Shown: positions 53,726 through 64,000 of the stretch, piece by piece
How positions within the stretch are numbered: the stretch's first letter is position 1
Layout of the letters: each line of letters begins with the position of its first letter
Assembly (NCBI GenBank): GCA_019704295.1
Contig: AP024596.1
Location: 1,248,001-1,312,000 of the forward strand
DNA from: Sulfolobales archaeon HS-7
GTDB lineage: Archaea; Thermoproteota; Thermoprotei_A; Sulfolobales; Sulfolobaceae
Direction of reading: 5' to 3'
Length of the DNA: 64,000 bases
Translations under genes and position numbers: made by a program
Notes under the pieces: model-generated
Databases searched by the model: none
The model's input: only the letters and a program-made list of their open reading frames with translations
What the model was told of the DNA's origin: nothing

Positions 53726-54660
53726 ATAAAAATCTTAGCCTTTTTATTTTTAAAATATTAAAAGTTAGATTATAGAAATAATGTCTGGACGCACTTTCTT
53801 TCGTTTTTCTGGTCTCTCTATATCTTAAAGGAAGGGTTTACCGCTTTATGAAAGTTTTTATCTTTATAAAGGTTCAAGCGAAGACCCTATCCATGATGGT
53901 TAGTCTCATTACATGAAAACGTAAATATGATATACACCTCTCAAGCACGCTCATAAATGGATTAAGCGTCGTCAAGACCCTTAAGCGAGGGTCTGTGAGG
54001 TATGCCTCCTTTCCGATCAGCAATTTCGTACCGAACAAAGTCGCTATGTTCATCATGGAAGTGAAACCATCAGGGGTTGTAGAACCCTCTAGGCACGACG
54101 GAGGGGTAGGAAATCGCTAAATGGAGAGATATCCGTCTTGTTAGGGAAGAGATCGCCGAAGATCGTCTCATTCTATTTCGTAGACTTTAATACCTCAAAG
54201 CGTTATTTTCTTGAGTTAGCGAATTGCATAATATTTAACATAAGCCGTTCAATTCTAGAAATAATTGATTACTTTCACTTTATCCCATGTGATCTACCCA
54301 GCCCTATGGATTTCGCTTTCCAATGTGATCAAGGGATCTGCAGATACTAAGGACAATCCGTGTTCTTCTTCACGTTCAGCGTACTCTACACAGCACTGTT
54401 GATCAGAGTAGATTTCTCAATAATAATTACGACTCGGGTGTTTGTCACTGCGTAAATTGCCGTAACTAACATACTTAATTTAACCTATATTTGTAAAGAA
54501 GAGGTAATCCCATGCTTTTTTCGCGTTAAGGCGAAAATCAAAAAGTGACAGAATATACCTTAGAGCCCTATGAAAAAATTTCTTAAATCTTTAATACTAC
54601 AGAGAAAATCCAGGTTTAGTTGATGATAACTTTATATATCACTGTATGGAAATTTCCATA

Positions 54661-55788
54661 ATGATAAAATTAAAAGCTTCCCTAAGTGTTATATTTGTTT
54701 TGTTTATTGTTTTCATGCCAGTGGGTGCTTCTTTTTCTTTTGGGTTCGGAGATATTACACACACACTAATTAAAGTAAGAAACGTAGAGTTCGGAGATAA
54801 TCAGACATTATATCATCCCTTAATATCAAGAGATATATACGATACTAATCACCACCATATAAAACATCCACTTTCAATAAGTCCTTACAACTCGTACACT
54901 TCATCTCCAGCTCCAACAGGTATAGCTAATTACGGGCTCGACAACAAAACTGGATCATCGTATCTTTTATTAACTAATACAGTTATTGGTTATACGGATA
55001 TACACTCTGTTTCCGCGTACTGCCCACAAGCTACTAACAGTGGTGTAGGTACCACATATGCGACTCTACAATTAAACGTTGTTTTGATGGCAAATACCAG
55101 CTACGGAACATACGCATACTGGTTACAAGATGTGGGAAGCTTCCAGACAAATACTTCGACAATTACATTTATAGACAACGTGTGGAATCTGAGCGGTAAT
55201 CCCTCATGTTTTGCTTCGTCCTCTATTTCTGGTTCTGGACAGGTGTCTAACTCCCAGGGACAATGCTTCTATTACGACGTAGGACCAAGTTACACCTTTT
55301 CGACGCCTTTTGCCTACGAATACGTTATAAACGTCTCCTACAACAACGTCACTGGTAATATATTAGTGCAAATGGGTTATGCACTTCTTCAGAACGGAAG
55401 TTCTACGTTGAATACAGGTATAATTTACTATGACAACATCACAATAAACCAGTTTAACGCTACGGGAATAGCGATAGCCGTAGATGGGAACTCCTATACA
55501 CCAAACGCACTTTACTATGATGCTGAGCTCGTATGGGGAGGAGGAGGAAATGGTGCAACCACGAATTTCAATTCACTCAATTCAGAGCTTGGACTTTATT
55601 ATCTCTCATCCAGCGGAACCTTAACTCCGATGCAGACTTTATATACTTTTGGTTCAGACACTGGGGAGACTGCAGGCAACGTTAACGTTACAATGGTAAA
55701 CGGAATACCAACAGCTGTTAATGGTCAGGAAAGTCTAACGTTTTTAACGGATTCGTTTAATTACATCCCAGGTAACTTAATAGATTAG
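54661..55788 (+). CDS. Thermopsin family acid protease (peptidase A5)
   Basis: PAPTGIANYG, LQLNVVL, YWLQDV, DNVWN, YDAELVWGGGGNG and FGSDTGE motifs; signal peptide. Confidence 0.9.
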   Translation: MIKLKASLSVIFVLFIVFMPVGASFSFGFGDITHTLIKVRNVEFGDNQTLYHPLISRDIYDTNHHHIKHPLSISPYNSYTSSPAPTGIANYGLDNKTGSSYLLLTNTVIGYTDIHSVSAYCPQATNSGVGTTYATLQLNVVLMANTSYGTYAYWLQDVGSFQTNTSTITFIDNVWNLSGNPSCFASSSISGSGQVSNSQGQCFYYDVGPSYTFSTPFAYEYVINVSYNNVTGNILVQMGYALLQNGSSTLNTGIIYYDNITINQFNATGIAIAVDGNSYTPNALYYDAELVWGGGGNGATTNFNSLNSELGLYYLSSSGTLTPMQTLYTFGSDTGETAGNVNVTMVNGIPTAVNGQESLTFLTDSFNYIPGNLID

Positions 55789-56163
55789 ACCATTTTTAAT
55801 TAATATTCCTCAAATTTTTAATATACTTGTGTCTACGATTTCTTCGTAGTTGATTTAGGCTTCTTTTTTACATATGCTTCCTGGGTTTCGTGAAAGGGCT
55901 TAAGGGGTTAATATAATTTAGGATGAATAGTAGAGTTTCGTCAGTTTTGTTACGTTAATTTTTTCAAGAGCGAGACAATCAGCAAAATGTAGTATGATTT
56001 TGCTAAAAAGAGTAAAAATCAGGTAAATTTCTTTTAGAGGGTAGGGAAGAATCAATTTTTGTCTTAAGGTCAATTAGTATGGCAGATTTTGCTCTAATTG
56101 TGGTCTTGTTTATCAAGAAATCTCATATGTAAGATATTATTAATGTAATTTGTATATAGACGA

Positions 56164-56313
56164 TTCATGTTTCAATTCCGAATTGTAATTATGGCAAACG
56201 GCAATTAAATAAAGGAAATCGTTAAGTGCAAATCTTTACAGAGTCTATACGATATTGTTTAATTAAATTCATTTTAGTTTTCTAAATAAACTAAATTCGC
56301 AATGAACATGTGA
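56164..56313 (+). repeat. MITE-like repeat family B, copy 7
   Basis: ttcatgtttcaattccgaatt ... aaattcgcaatgaacatgtga terminal inverted repeat. Confidence 0.7.
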
Positions 56314-56369
56314 GCAACCCCTGGTTTTTCGAGCAAAAGTTTTTATATGAACATTTAGACAAAATTACT

Positions 56370-57458
56370 ATGAACAGAGTTGCTAAGGCTTTAGTGGGAT
56401 TACTTTTCCTCTTACTGATATTTTATATGTACTTGGTTTACATACCCTCAATAACAGAACATGTAAACACGAAGTTTTTCGTGAATTGGCACGAATGTTT
56501 CACATTTATTGCCTATTGTAAGAGGATGTCGTATTCGAAACAGTATTCCGTGGGTTTGTTAGTACCGCTAACTCCTCAAAACGTTAACAAATACCTTAAC
56601 CTGTCAGTAGAACCCAAGAGCGCTGTTCTCTACCCCTCTGAACCTATTGAGCTAAAATATCAGGTGTTGGCTCCAACGACAACGAACTTGAATCTGTTCG
56701 GTTTCTACATGAACCCATTAACCACGAATACGACGTGCAATATCTCTATAACTAAGTTAAACCTATCTTATGATGGAACCTGGTTTGAGAAATTGGGGGA
56801 AATAAATAAGTCCTTTATTTACCCTTGTCCACCGTTTCCGACAGGCTCCATCCCGGTAATTACCTATAATAATATCTCAATGTCTATTAACGCTTACCTA
56901 TCAAGTGACGGAGTGCCGGTAAAATCCCTTGTGTATTGCTATCAAACTAACGTTTCTACGTATCTCAACGGATTCGAGATCAGTGGAACCCTCACCAAGA
57001 TAACTTACGGACCATTTTATACCTCACCCAACCAGTACCTGATGACGGTCACAATAATAGGAGGTATTAAAGACCTCAGTAATGGCCTTGTAATAAGGGG
57101 TTCCCTAACCCTGGTAAACTACACCGGGAAGGTGTTTGTCAACGTCAGGCCTAGTTACGTGAGTAACCTCAAGCTGTTGGACGAGGTAATGGGGCCGAAC
57201 TTCGCAGTCCTAAACGTCACTGCTCTAAATTCTAACACCCCCGAATTCGTGACCCCCGTGCCTCTGAATGTGCCGGGAGAGATCCCTTACAACTCAACTT
57301 TCAATTACATTGAGCTACAATTTCTTCAAAATTCCGTGAAGAATGGAGTGGTTTTGATTCCCTCTCACTACTATAACGTCTCTGGAAGTAATGAGATATT
57401 CACCGCAATTCCAGCACAAGATGAGATCTTACCAGGGATAGTTTTTGCGTTAACCTGA
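56370..57458 (+). CDS. N-terminally anchored extracellular hypothetical protein
   Basis: TM helix after MNRVAK, beta-rich glycoprotein-like body; TATA at ~56341 favours the ATG at 56370. Confidence 0.75.
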   Translation: MNRVAKALVGLLFLLLIFYMYLVYIPSITEHVNTKFFVNWHECFTFIAYCKRMSYSKQYSVGLLVPLTPQNVNKYLNLSVEPKSAVLYPSEPIELKYQVLAPTTTNLNLFGFYMNPLTTNTTCNISITKLNLSYDGTWFEKLGEINKSFIYPCPPFPTGSIPVITYNNISMSINAYLSSDGVPVKSLVYCYQTNVSTYLNGFEISGTLTKITYGPFYTSPNQYLMTVTIIGGIKDLSNGLVIRGSLTLVNYTGKVFVNVRPSYVSNLKLLDEVMGPNFAVLNVTALNSNTPEFVTPVPLNVPGEIPYNSTFNYIELQFLQNSVKNGVVLIPSHYYNVSGSNEIFTAIPAQDEILPGIVFALT

Positions 57459-57699
57459 AGATAATAAACGACAAACCTTCCATTTACGGTAAGGTAAGGT
57501 TTTTTTAACCAGCTTAACAGCATCTTCATCATTACACTTACCTCTGGTCGACTTTTTAAGGATAAGGGGCTCGAATCGGTAATTCTTTACCGATACCGGA
57601 GGGAAGTGTTTATGAAGTTAAGTTTAAGAACAAAAGAATAAACATCGTAAGACTTCTATCTAACGGACACCAACGTGGAAAACTGTTGAAATCGGCCGA

Positions 57700-58458
57700 C
57701 ATATAATCAAAACTAATTAGTGAGTTAAATCACTAAAGAATACAGTAGTTCTTTTACGAAGGTAAAGTAGATCCGAAAGTTACGCGGGATAAGTACTATG
57801 AGAAGTACAAAGGAATTCTGAGTGTTAACGCTTAAGCAGTAATGCGGGGTATGAATGAAGCCTAGTTATCATTCTTTACTTAGTTGAGGCTGAAGAAATA
57901 GGGAAAAACTAACACAACATATCACTCGCGTCCTACCACCAAGATGTCGGAAAGACAAGGAGAACAAGAGAGGAAGGAAAATCCTTGTACTCAGATAAGG
58001 TAGATATGAGGTTGATGAGGAAAGGAAGAAACTTATCCTTAAGGACTTTTATATGGAGATCAACTTCGTAGGTAGATTAGGGGGTATAATAAGCAAAGTA
58101 GATTAGAAGTCGCATACGACGAGGATGTAAATAGAAGGTATGCAGATATACCTCTCGGAGTAGAATCTACTAATAGCGGAAAGAAGAGTGAGTATATCAT
58201 AAGTGGTGAATGAAAGTCGACTTATATTACCTTATTACTAGGGGAGGGGTAAGCTTCTATCGACCTGAGCTTCAATATTTTAGTAGTAGACGACAACACC
58301 CGGTTGCTATATAAGGACGTTAGGCTTAGGAGGACTACCTCTATTTTGAAAAGAGGATAGCGAAAGTCAAATAATACGCCTATAGGACAATGAACATCTA
58401 CGAGTTTGAGGCTTATGAAGAGTTGGAAAAGGAGAAAAGAAGACTATTTAAGAAGTTA
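57700..58458 (+). pseudogene. tnpB (IS200/IS605 OrfB-like) remnant
   Basis: Fragments such as KASIDLSFNIL (RuvC-I-like) and YFEKRIAKVK...EKEKRRLFKKLY; truncated by the IS630 insertion. Confidence 0.6.
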
Positions 58459-59486
58459 TACTTTGTCAGACTTTAAAGGACAAGAAGACTTCACTTAGTA
58501 TTGACGTTCATGGTTCATTACATTCACACTGTACACAAGGTCACCTGTTCTCTTGGATATTGAGCATGGGAACCCAGTTGTGTCTTACGTTAAGGCCTCG
58601 AAATCCGTGTAGATCTCGGAGTAGTGCCTCCTCTAAGGATCACCTAAGGACCCTTAACTAGGCTCTTGTTCAGGAGCTAAGGCAATAAGTAAATGAGCTC
58701 CACGCGTTTTCTACAAGGAATTCCTTTACTCAATTACTGTGAATTCTAGCGTTGTCCATTATCACTAGGACCTTCTCTCCCTTTGTCACCTTTCTAAAAT
58801 ATAATATTCTAGGAGTTTAACGAGGGTTTCTTGTAGCTCGAGTAGGTAAAGACTATTTCTGCTTTGATCATCGTTATTCCTTCTATTATTGCAAGACTTC
58901 CGGGTTAACTTTTACCCCTCCTTCCGCCTTCATCTAACCCTTGTTTACGGGCAACACTACTCGTTAAAGACGTGTAACTTGTATACCTCGCCTATTTTTA
59001 AAGGTCTCTTCCACTGTTCCTTAATTCATCCGCGGCCTTCTTGTCCCTCACCTAGGTTTTTCCCCTTCTTATACTTGAAGCCCAACATGGCGAGGATCGG
59101 GATAAAGCTCCTTAGATTGCACTTTATCCCGAACTCCCTCTTATGCACGTAGGCTATGCGCTTTAAGGTCCGAAAATCGTAGTTTAACCCCTAATTCCTG
59201 GGGCTCTTTTCCAAGATCTGGACGAGTTTTTCCTCGTCCTCTATTTTCACTCTTCTTAATTTCTCGCCTAAATCTAAACTCCTTAACTACTTGTATATTG
59301 TGAAGATGGACACGTCGTACTTCTTTATCCTGTCCTCCACCAGTCCGACACGTCTTTCACCGCGTTAATCCTCCTCTTCTCCTCTTGCTTCTTGTCAAGG
59401 CTTATTCCGTACATGGCAGACTTCAATAGAACAATTTGGTATTACTCACGAAATATTAATCTTGCTACTTAAGGTCTGACAAAGTA
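58459..59486 (-). mobile_element. IS630-family element (ISC1048-like), 1028 bp, TA target duplication, inactivated
   Basis: TIRs TACTTTGTCAGAC / GTCTGACAAAGTA flanked by TA; transposase fragments EFGIKC...LGFKYKK and VIMDNARIH. Confidence 0.85.
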
Positions 59487-59688
59487 TAATCTGTTATAGC
59501 TCTACTATACTATGATCCTAATTATGGGGGGTAAGGTGGATTATTCCTATATATTAAAATTTAGTGAATAAAGTAAATAACATTTATTTCACATTGGACA
59601 TCATCATGTAAAGCTCAATACGGTACGTCCGATTTGTAACGTTATAATAAAGATAAGCTTTATTAGGTTCTAATAAAAAATATTAATC

Positions 59689-60756
59689 ATGTGGAATTCA
59701 AATAATGAGTATAACGGCATTTCAAAATTAAGGTTTGCAGTTATATTAGCACTAGTTTCTTTTATATTGATTGTAGCTGCTTTATCAGCTGGATATTCAA
59801 TTTTAATAGCTTTAGCTGCTTCAGGAGGAGCCCCTGGGGCGTTAGCCGGTATAGGATTAGGAACTTTAATAGCTGTGGGGGTAGTAAGTTTAGCCTCATT
59901 TATCATATATATTATCGGTATATTTAACCTCAGGGGAGGATTTAATGATTTAGTTAGTGCGGGAGTTTCCGAAATGGGAATAGGTTCTAAGGGTGCCTTG
60001 CTTCAGATTATAACAATTATTATAGCAATAATTTTAGCAATTTTAGTACCCGTAATCGGATTTTTTTTACTTGGCTCATATTCACATGGACCCGTAACGC
60101 CGGGCTACGCTCCTGGAGTAATGCAACCGACAGGTATTCTACCAGCCATTAGCATTATATTGACGATAGTAGAAATCATTCTGGGAATAGTCTCTTTTGT
60201 AGGAGGGATTTTAATAGGAATCGGATTCTATAGAGTTGGTAGTAGATACGATGACGGCCTAACTAAAGTTGGTGGAATTCTATATATAATTCCTTTCCTC
60301 AACATAATAGGGGTAATACTGCTAATTCTAGGGCTTGGAACAATAAGGAATAAGCTCCAGGGAGGTTTTAGGCCTAGTAGCGGGCAATATATCCCGCCAG
60401 GACAACCCTATGGTCAACAGTATCCTAATTACGGGAGCAATACTTATCCAAGTTACGGTCAACCGCAGTATGGGGGACAGTCGCAGTATAGCCAATCTCC
60501 GTATAGCCAACCCCCTCAGCAATTTCCCCCTTCACAACCTTCAAGCAACCCGCAATACGGACAGGGAGGTTATGTCCAACCTACATACACACCTCAGAAT
60601 CAACCTTACTCCCCACAACCTCAATACAATCCTCAACCGCCTCAGACGCCGCCAACCACTCAACTGCCTAGTGAAAACAAGAAGATTTGCCCTGTTTGCG
60701 GGTATCAAAACGAACCAATCGCAAACTTCTGTACTAGATGTGGTCAGAAGCTTTAA
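59689..60756 (+). CDS. DUF973-family membrane protein with P/Q/Y/G-rich tail and C-terminal zinc ribbon
   Basis: LRGGF..L, GIG..G, GIGFYRVG..Y...L.KVGGIL.IIP pattern; CPVCG..N...ANFCTRCG. Confidence 0.85.
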   Translation: MWNSNNEYNGISKLRFAVILALVSFILIVAALSAGYSILIALAASGGAPGALAGIGLGTLIAVGVVSLASFIIYIIGIFNLRGGFNDLVSAGVSEMGIGSKGALLQIITIIIAIILAILVPVIGFFLLGSYSHGPVTPGYAPGVMQPTGILPAISIILTIVEIILGIVSFVGGILIGIGFYRVGSRYDDGLTKVGGILYIIPFLNIIGVILLILGLGTIRNKLQGGFRPSSGQYIPPGQPYGQQYPNYGSNTYPSYGQPQYGGQSQYSQSPYSQPPQQFPPSQPSSNPQYGQGGYVQPTYTPQNQPYSPQPQYNPQPPQTPPTTQLPSENKKICPVCGYQNEPIANFCTRCGQKL

Positions 60757-60766
60757 TGTAAATTTA

Positions 60767-60917
60767 TTTTGATACTTTGGGAGATTTAGATTTTCATTAC
60801 TAGTTGTGATCAAATAAAGGAAATTATTAAGTGACAATCCTTAGCTATTTCGCAGGGTTAAATTTAGTTGAATTAATCTAATATTCTAAATGAGCTAAAT
60901 TCGCAATAGACGGGTAG
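60767..60917 (+). repeat. MITE-like repeat family B, copy 8
   Basis: aaataaaggaaattattaagtg ... ctaaatgagctaaattcgcaatag. Confidence 0.6.
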
Positions 60918-61872
60918 ATATCCCATTCTAATATCATACATTCTTTAAATTGAAAAGTAGAACAAGTATTATTTAAAATATTATATATTAATAATTAAAT
61001 TAAAGCTAATTAAATAAGATGACAGTATGAAAATACCCATTCATTTAGATATTAAGGAGTTGATCTCCCTCAGTACCCCTTAATTCCAATAAGAATTACC
61101 CTTATCAGAAACTTTTCTATACATTGATCTTTTGATTAATTTATTATTTAATTGCTTTTTTTAAAATATTTTGAACTTTACAGTTAAAATGTTACCTACT
61201 ACGAGAAGTCCTGATAAAAGATTTAAAGACTTTATATTTAAATAATTCATGTTTTACTTACGAAAATGGAGAAAATAGAGTGTAACAATTTGGTTAAACC
61301 ACTTTCGTTGTTGCATTCATAGCAGTTTCTATTGCACGATCTACGGTATTGCCAAAACATTACGAATTCGAGCTACACCAGTTGTTCGCCCTCCTACAAG
61401 TTAGCGGAGTTCCGCTGGCACAGTTTCAATTTCTAGTACTCAAGGATGATTTACGATTTCATTCTTAACGCGACTGTAACTATTAACTAAGTTCACAAGG
61501 GTTTAACATAACTTACCTCAATAACATTGGAACACTTTTATTGGTACGAACGGTTGAAAATGTTACGCATTCTTTGATAATCAGAATTAATTACTTTACG
61601 TCCAAACTAACCCTACGTTTTGCATATTCAACGTGACTAAGGTAATTAAAGGGGCAAATTCCTGAGCCAACTCAACACAGGTTATAAATTTAGTCATGGG
61701 ATTGTAAATACCTCAAACAGTAAAATTTACCTTCTTTCGGTTACATCCATCTTTTCCGTAAAAAATATTTTTTTCCTATGAATCAGAGATTAACGACTCA
61801 ATAGCAAGTATCGTAAATCGTCTTAGATTTATTATGATAACATTTTTAAACTAGTTTATAAACTATTACTAT

Positions 61873-62454
61873 ATGAGAGACTATTTGAGAGTAAAAGATA
61901 TTACAATACTTACCTCTTGTCGTTATAATAAGAAGACAAATCAGATAGAATTCCCCCCGGGGGTCCCGAATAACGTCGTATATGCAGCAGGAAGGAAAGG
62001 TATCTATACGTTAGATATCGTGGGACTTTTTCAAAGGGCAACCAAAAATACTAATAGAGCTAAGGGTGCGCTCGTAGCACGTTCGTTATTCGCTCTTCTC
62101 ATAGGTATAGCCGTATTTTTTTCTGATTACCATTATTTCTCTCTAAATATTCTAACTCTCCTAGGGGGTATTCTATTGGGAATTTATATAATTGCAGTTA
62201 TAGTATATACGATACGTATTTTATCTCGTAAAGTAATAGTTTCCAGTCGATGGCCTGCTGACTTAGTAATAGCTTGGCCGCAGATCACGAATATTAGCGT
62301 AACCGAGTCACAATCTTTAAACAGTAGCGCTACCATCGGTAGTTGGTACATAACTACGGCCGATGGGAGAAGTATAATTATACCTAACGTGGATAATCCT
62401 TACCAAAAACTTGACCTAATCAAAAAGAAATATGGATATAATATTAAATTTTAG
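61873..62454 (+). CDS. Hypothetical two-TM membrane protein with possible PH-like soluble domain
   Basis: Two hydrophobic helices inserted in a beta-rich domain (IAW..I..I.V ... I.T.DG..I.IPNV..P). Confidence 0.65.
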   Translation: MRDYLRVKDITILTSCRYNKKTNQIEFPPGVPNNVVYAAGRKGIYTLDIVGLFQRATKNTNRAKGALVARSLFALLIGIAVFFSDYHYFSLNILTLLGGILLGIYIIAVIVYTIRILSRKVIVSSRWPADLVIAWPQITNISVTESQSLNSSATIGSWYITTADGRSIIIPNVDNPYQKLDLIKKKYGYNIKF

Positions 62455-63168
62455 AGTGTAATGCCTTTGATTCTTTTCCGCAAGCACGCATCAATGGATT
62501 TTTGAAGCTCAATGATTGTCGTTTATACTAATTTTATCCAGACCATACCGGGATATCGTAAATGATAGTAATCTCTAAAGGTGCAGAATTAAGCAATGAA
62601 TGATATTCGGTTTTATTTAGTATTAATTTAATGTATCTTTAAGTAAATACTTAATTAATGGAAAAGAATATGAATCACAGATAAGGGGTTTAGTTCCTTC
62701 AACTAAGGTAAGGGAAATACGGGAGATCAATTTACTTATTTTGCCTAAAAGTTATGTAATTTCCTTAAATCTAAGAGTTAACGAATGCGATAACTTGGGA
62801 TTAACGGTTTACATGGGGTTCTCGATTTCCCAGTTATGTATCACCAATTTTGCTAAATATGAGAAGATTTCGAAAATATGGAAAATCATGTTAGCAAGAG
62901 TAAAAATTAGTCAAACTTTAGTTAAATTTTCCTCCGCAAATCTGATTAGTTTCTACGTTATGTATTACCACTTTTACCAAATGAGAGAATATTCCGATAT
63001 CATAAGTCAAGGGCTTATTGTATCGTAATAACTTAACACTATCCCCTCGTATAATTGATTATTATAATTTAAGACGTTGACATAACTCACCTTAAAAAAG
63101 GATGAAAATAAATATACTTACCGTACACGTCGAGATTTACGTGAAAAATTCGTAGTGCTCTATGAGTT

Positions 63169-64000
63169 TTATCTGGCCTCCTTTCCGCCAGTTATCAGCC
63201 TTCCACCGTGCTCAGTTAGGTATGAGACAACCGTGGATTTCTTCTGCCTTAACGCGTAATAAAGTACGCTATTTCCCATCATATCAATGAAATTAACGTC
63301 AGCTCCTGCTTCCACTAGAAACTTTATCACATCTAAATTCTCTAAATTACTAAGTGCTGCAGAAAATAATGGAGTCGTCTTGTAACAACCTACGATATTA
63401 GGAGCGGGATAAATGTTAAATAGGAACTTTAGGATGTCGAGGTAACCTTTATAAGCGGATAAATGATAGGGAGTACTTAAATTATCATTGCTCTCCTCTA
63501 CTTTAGCCCCGTATTGAATTAGTAATTCAACAATTTTTACATCTCCTACATATGCCGCCTGACCAATGGGTTTCACCTGGCACCCGTCTTTACCTATAAT
63601 ATACGCATTTACATCTGCGCCGTTATCTAAGAGTAACTTAACCATTGTATAATCTTTTTTTGCAATAGCCATTATTACGGGTGGCCCCATACCAATATCC
63701 GAATTGCTTTTGAATAAATTTACATTCGCTCCATACCTTATGAGCGTTCTGGTGATATCGTATTTTTCAGGAGCTCTGCTAATTATTGCAGTTTGCAAAG
63801 GAGTTAAAAGTTCAGGTAGTTCACGTGATGACTTCGAGAGCACATTAGGATCCCCGCCGTGTTGTAAAAGGATTTCGACCATCTCTAGGCGCCCCGATAT
63901 GACAGCTAGATGAATTGGAGTAAACCCTTTGAGCGTGGTGTGCTCGTTGGGATTCAATCCCTTCGTTAAGAGCTTGTTTAATTTAGACACATCGTTATTC
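63169..64000 (-). CDS. Ankyrin-repeat protein, 5' end outside the window
   Basis: Repeats TPIHLA..G..E.V..LL..G.D.N, TPLQTA, TPYHLSA, TPLFSA; the frame is still open at the window edge (..NNDVSK), so 63990 is probably not the start. Confidence 0.9.
   Translation of the reverse strand, partial: NNDVSKLNKLLTKGLNPNEHTTLKGFTPIHLAVISGRLEMVEILLQHGGDPNVLSKSSRELPELLTPLQTAIISRAPEKYDITRTLIRYGANVNLFKSNSDIGMGPPVIMAIAKKDYTMVKLLLDNGADVNAYIIGKDGCQVKPIGQAAYVGDVKIVELLIQYGAKVEESNDNLSTPYHLSAYKGYLDILKFLFNIYPAPNIVGCYKTTPLFSAALSNLENLDVIKFLVEAGADVNFIDMMGNSVLYYALRQKKSTVVSYLTEHGGRLITGGKEAR

Noticed and set aside
53870-54480. Short ORFs between the propeller and thermopsin genes
   Set aside because: They look like transposon debris; the family could not be supported.
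57700-58458. Functional TnpB/omega-RNA system
   Set aside because: The reading frame is broken and truncated by an IS630 insertion; no intact 3' end.
61260-61680. Possible decayed pilin-like or secreted-protein gene
   Set aside because: Short hydrophobic and sequon-rich fragments in different frames are suggestive but too degraded to call.
1-64000. CRISPR array, tRNA or rRNA genes
   Set aside because: No regularly spaced 24-37-bp repeats with unique spacers and no recognisable structural RNA genes; the repeats seen are intragenic or MITE-like.

Overview
AT-rich archaeal DNA, almost certainly from Sulfolobales. Evidence: thermopsin, DUF973, a membrane-anchored GH57, ISC-type insertion sequences, and TATA boxes about 25-35 nt upstream of apparently leaderless ORFs. 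The window is an accessory surface-protein region full of decayed IS elements (IS5/IS4-like, ISH3-like, IS110, IS630, tnpB remnants) and at least two MITE families. 1-14 kb holds a DNA methyltransferase pseudogene, a GNAT, a rubrerythrin-like protein with a perfect 168-bp triplication, a Panacea/YwgA-like protein, DUF72, a HEPN-MNT pair and a GH57. The centrepiece (16.4-48.7 kb) is a type IV pilus-like locus with one assembly ATPase, one TadC/FlaJ-type platform and one probable major pilin. It also has two diverged, oppositely oriented cassettes of three minor pilins each, and two paralogous ~1,400-aa proteins. These giant proteins start with a pilin-like domain, continue through a variable beta-rich region and a conserved stalk, and end in a long alpha-helical domain with hydrophobic segments reminiscent of pore-forming or translocator proteins. 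This is the best candidate for an undescribed system: a pilus with interchangeable, possibly membrane-inserting tip modules. 50-64 kb encodes further secreted or anchored proteins (beta-propellers, thermopsin), a DUF973 protein with a low-complexity tail, and a truncated ankyrin-repeat gene. No rRNA, tRNA or CRISPR array was seen. All family calls come from motif recognition by eye; no searches were run.
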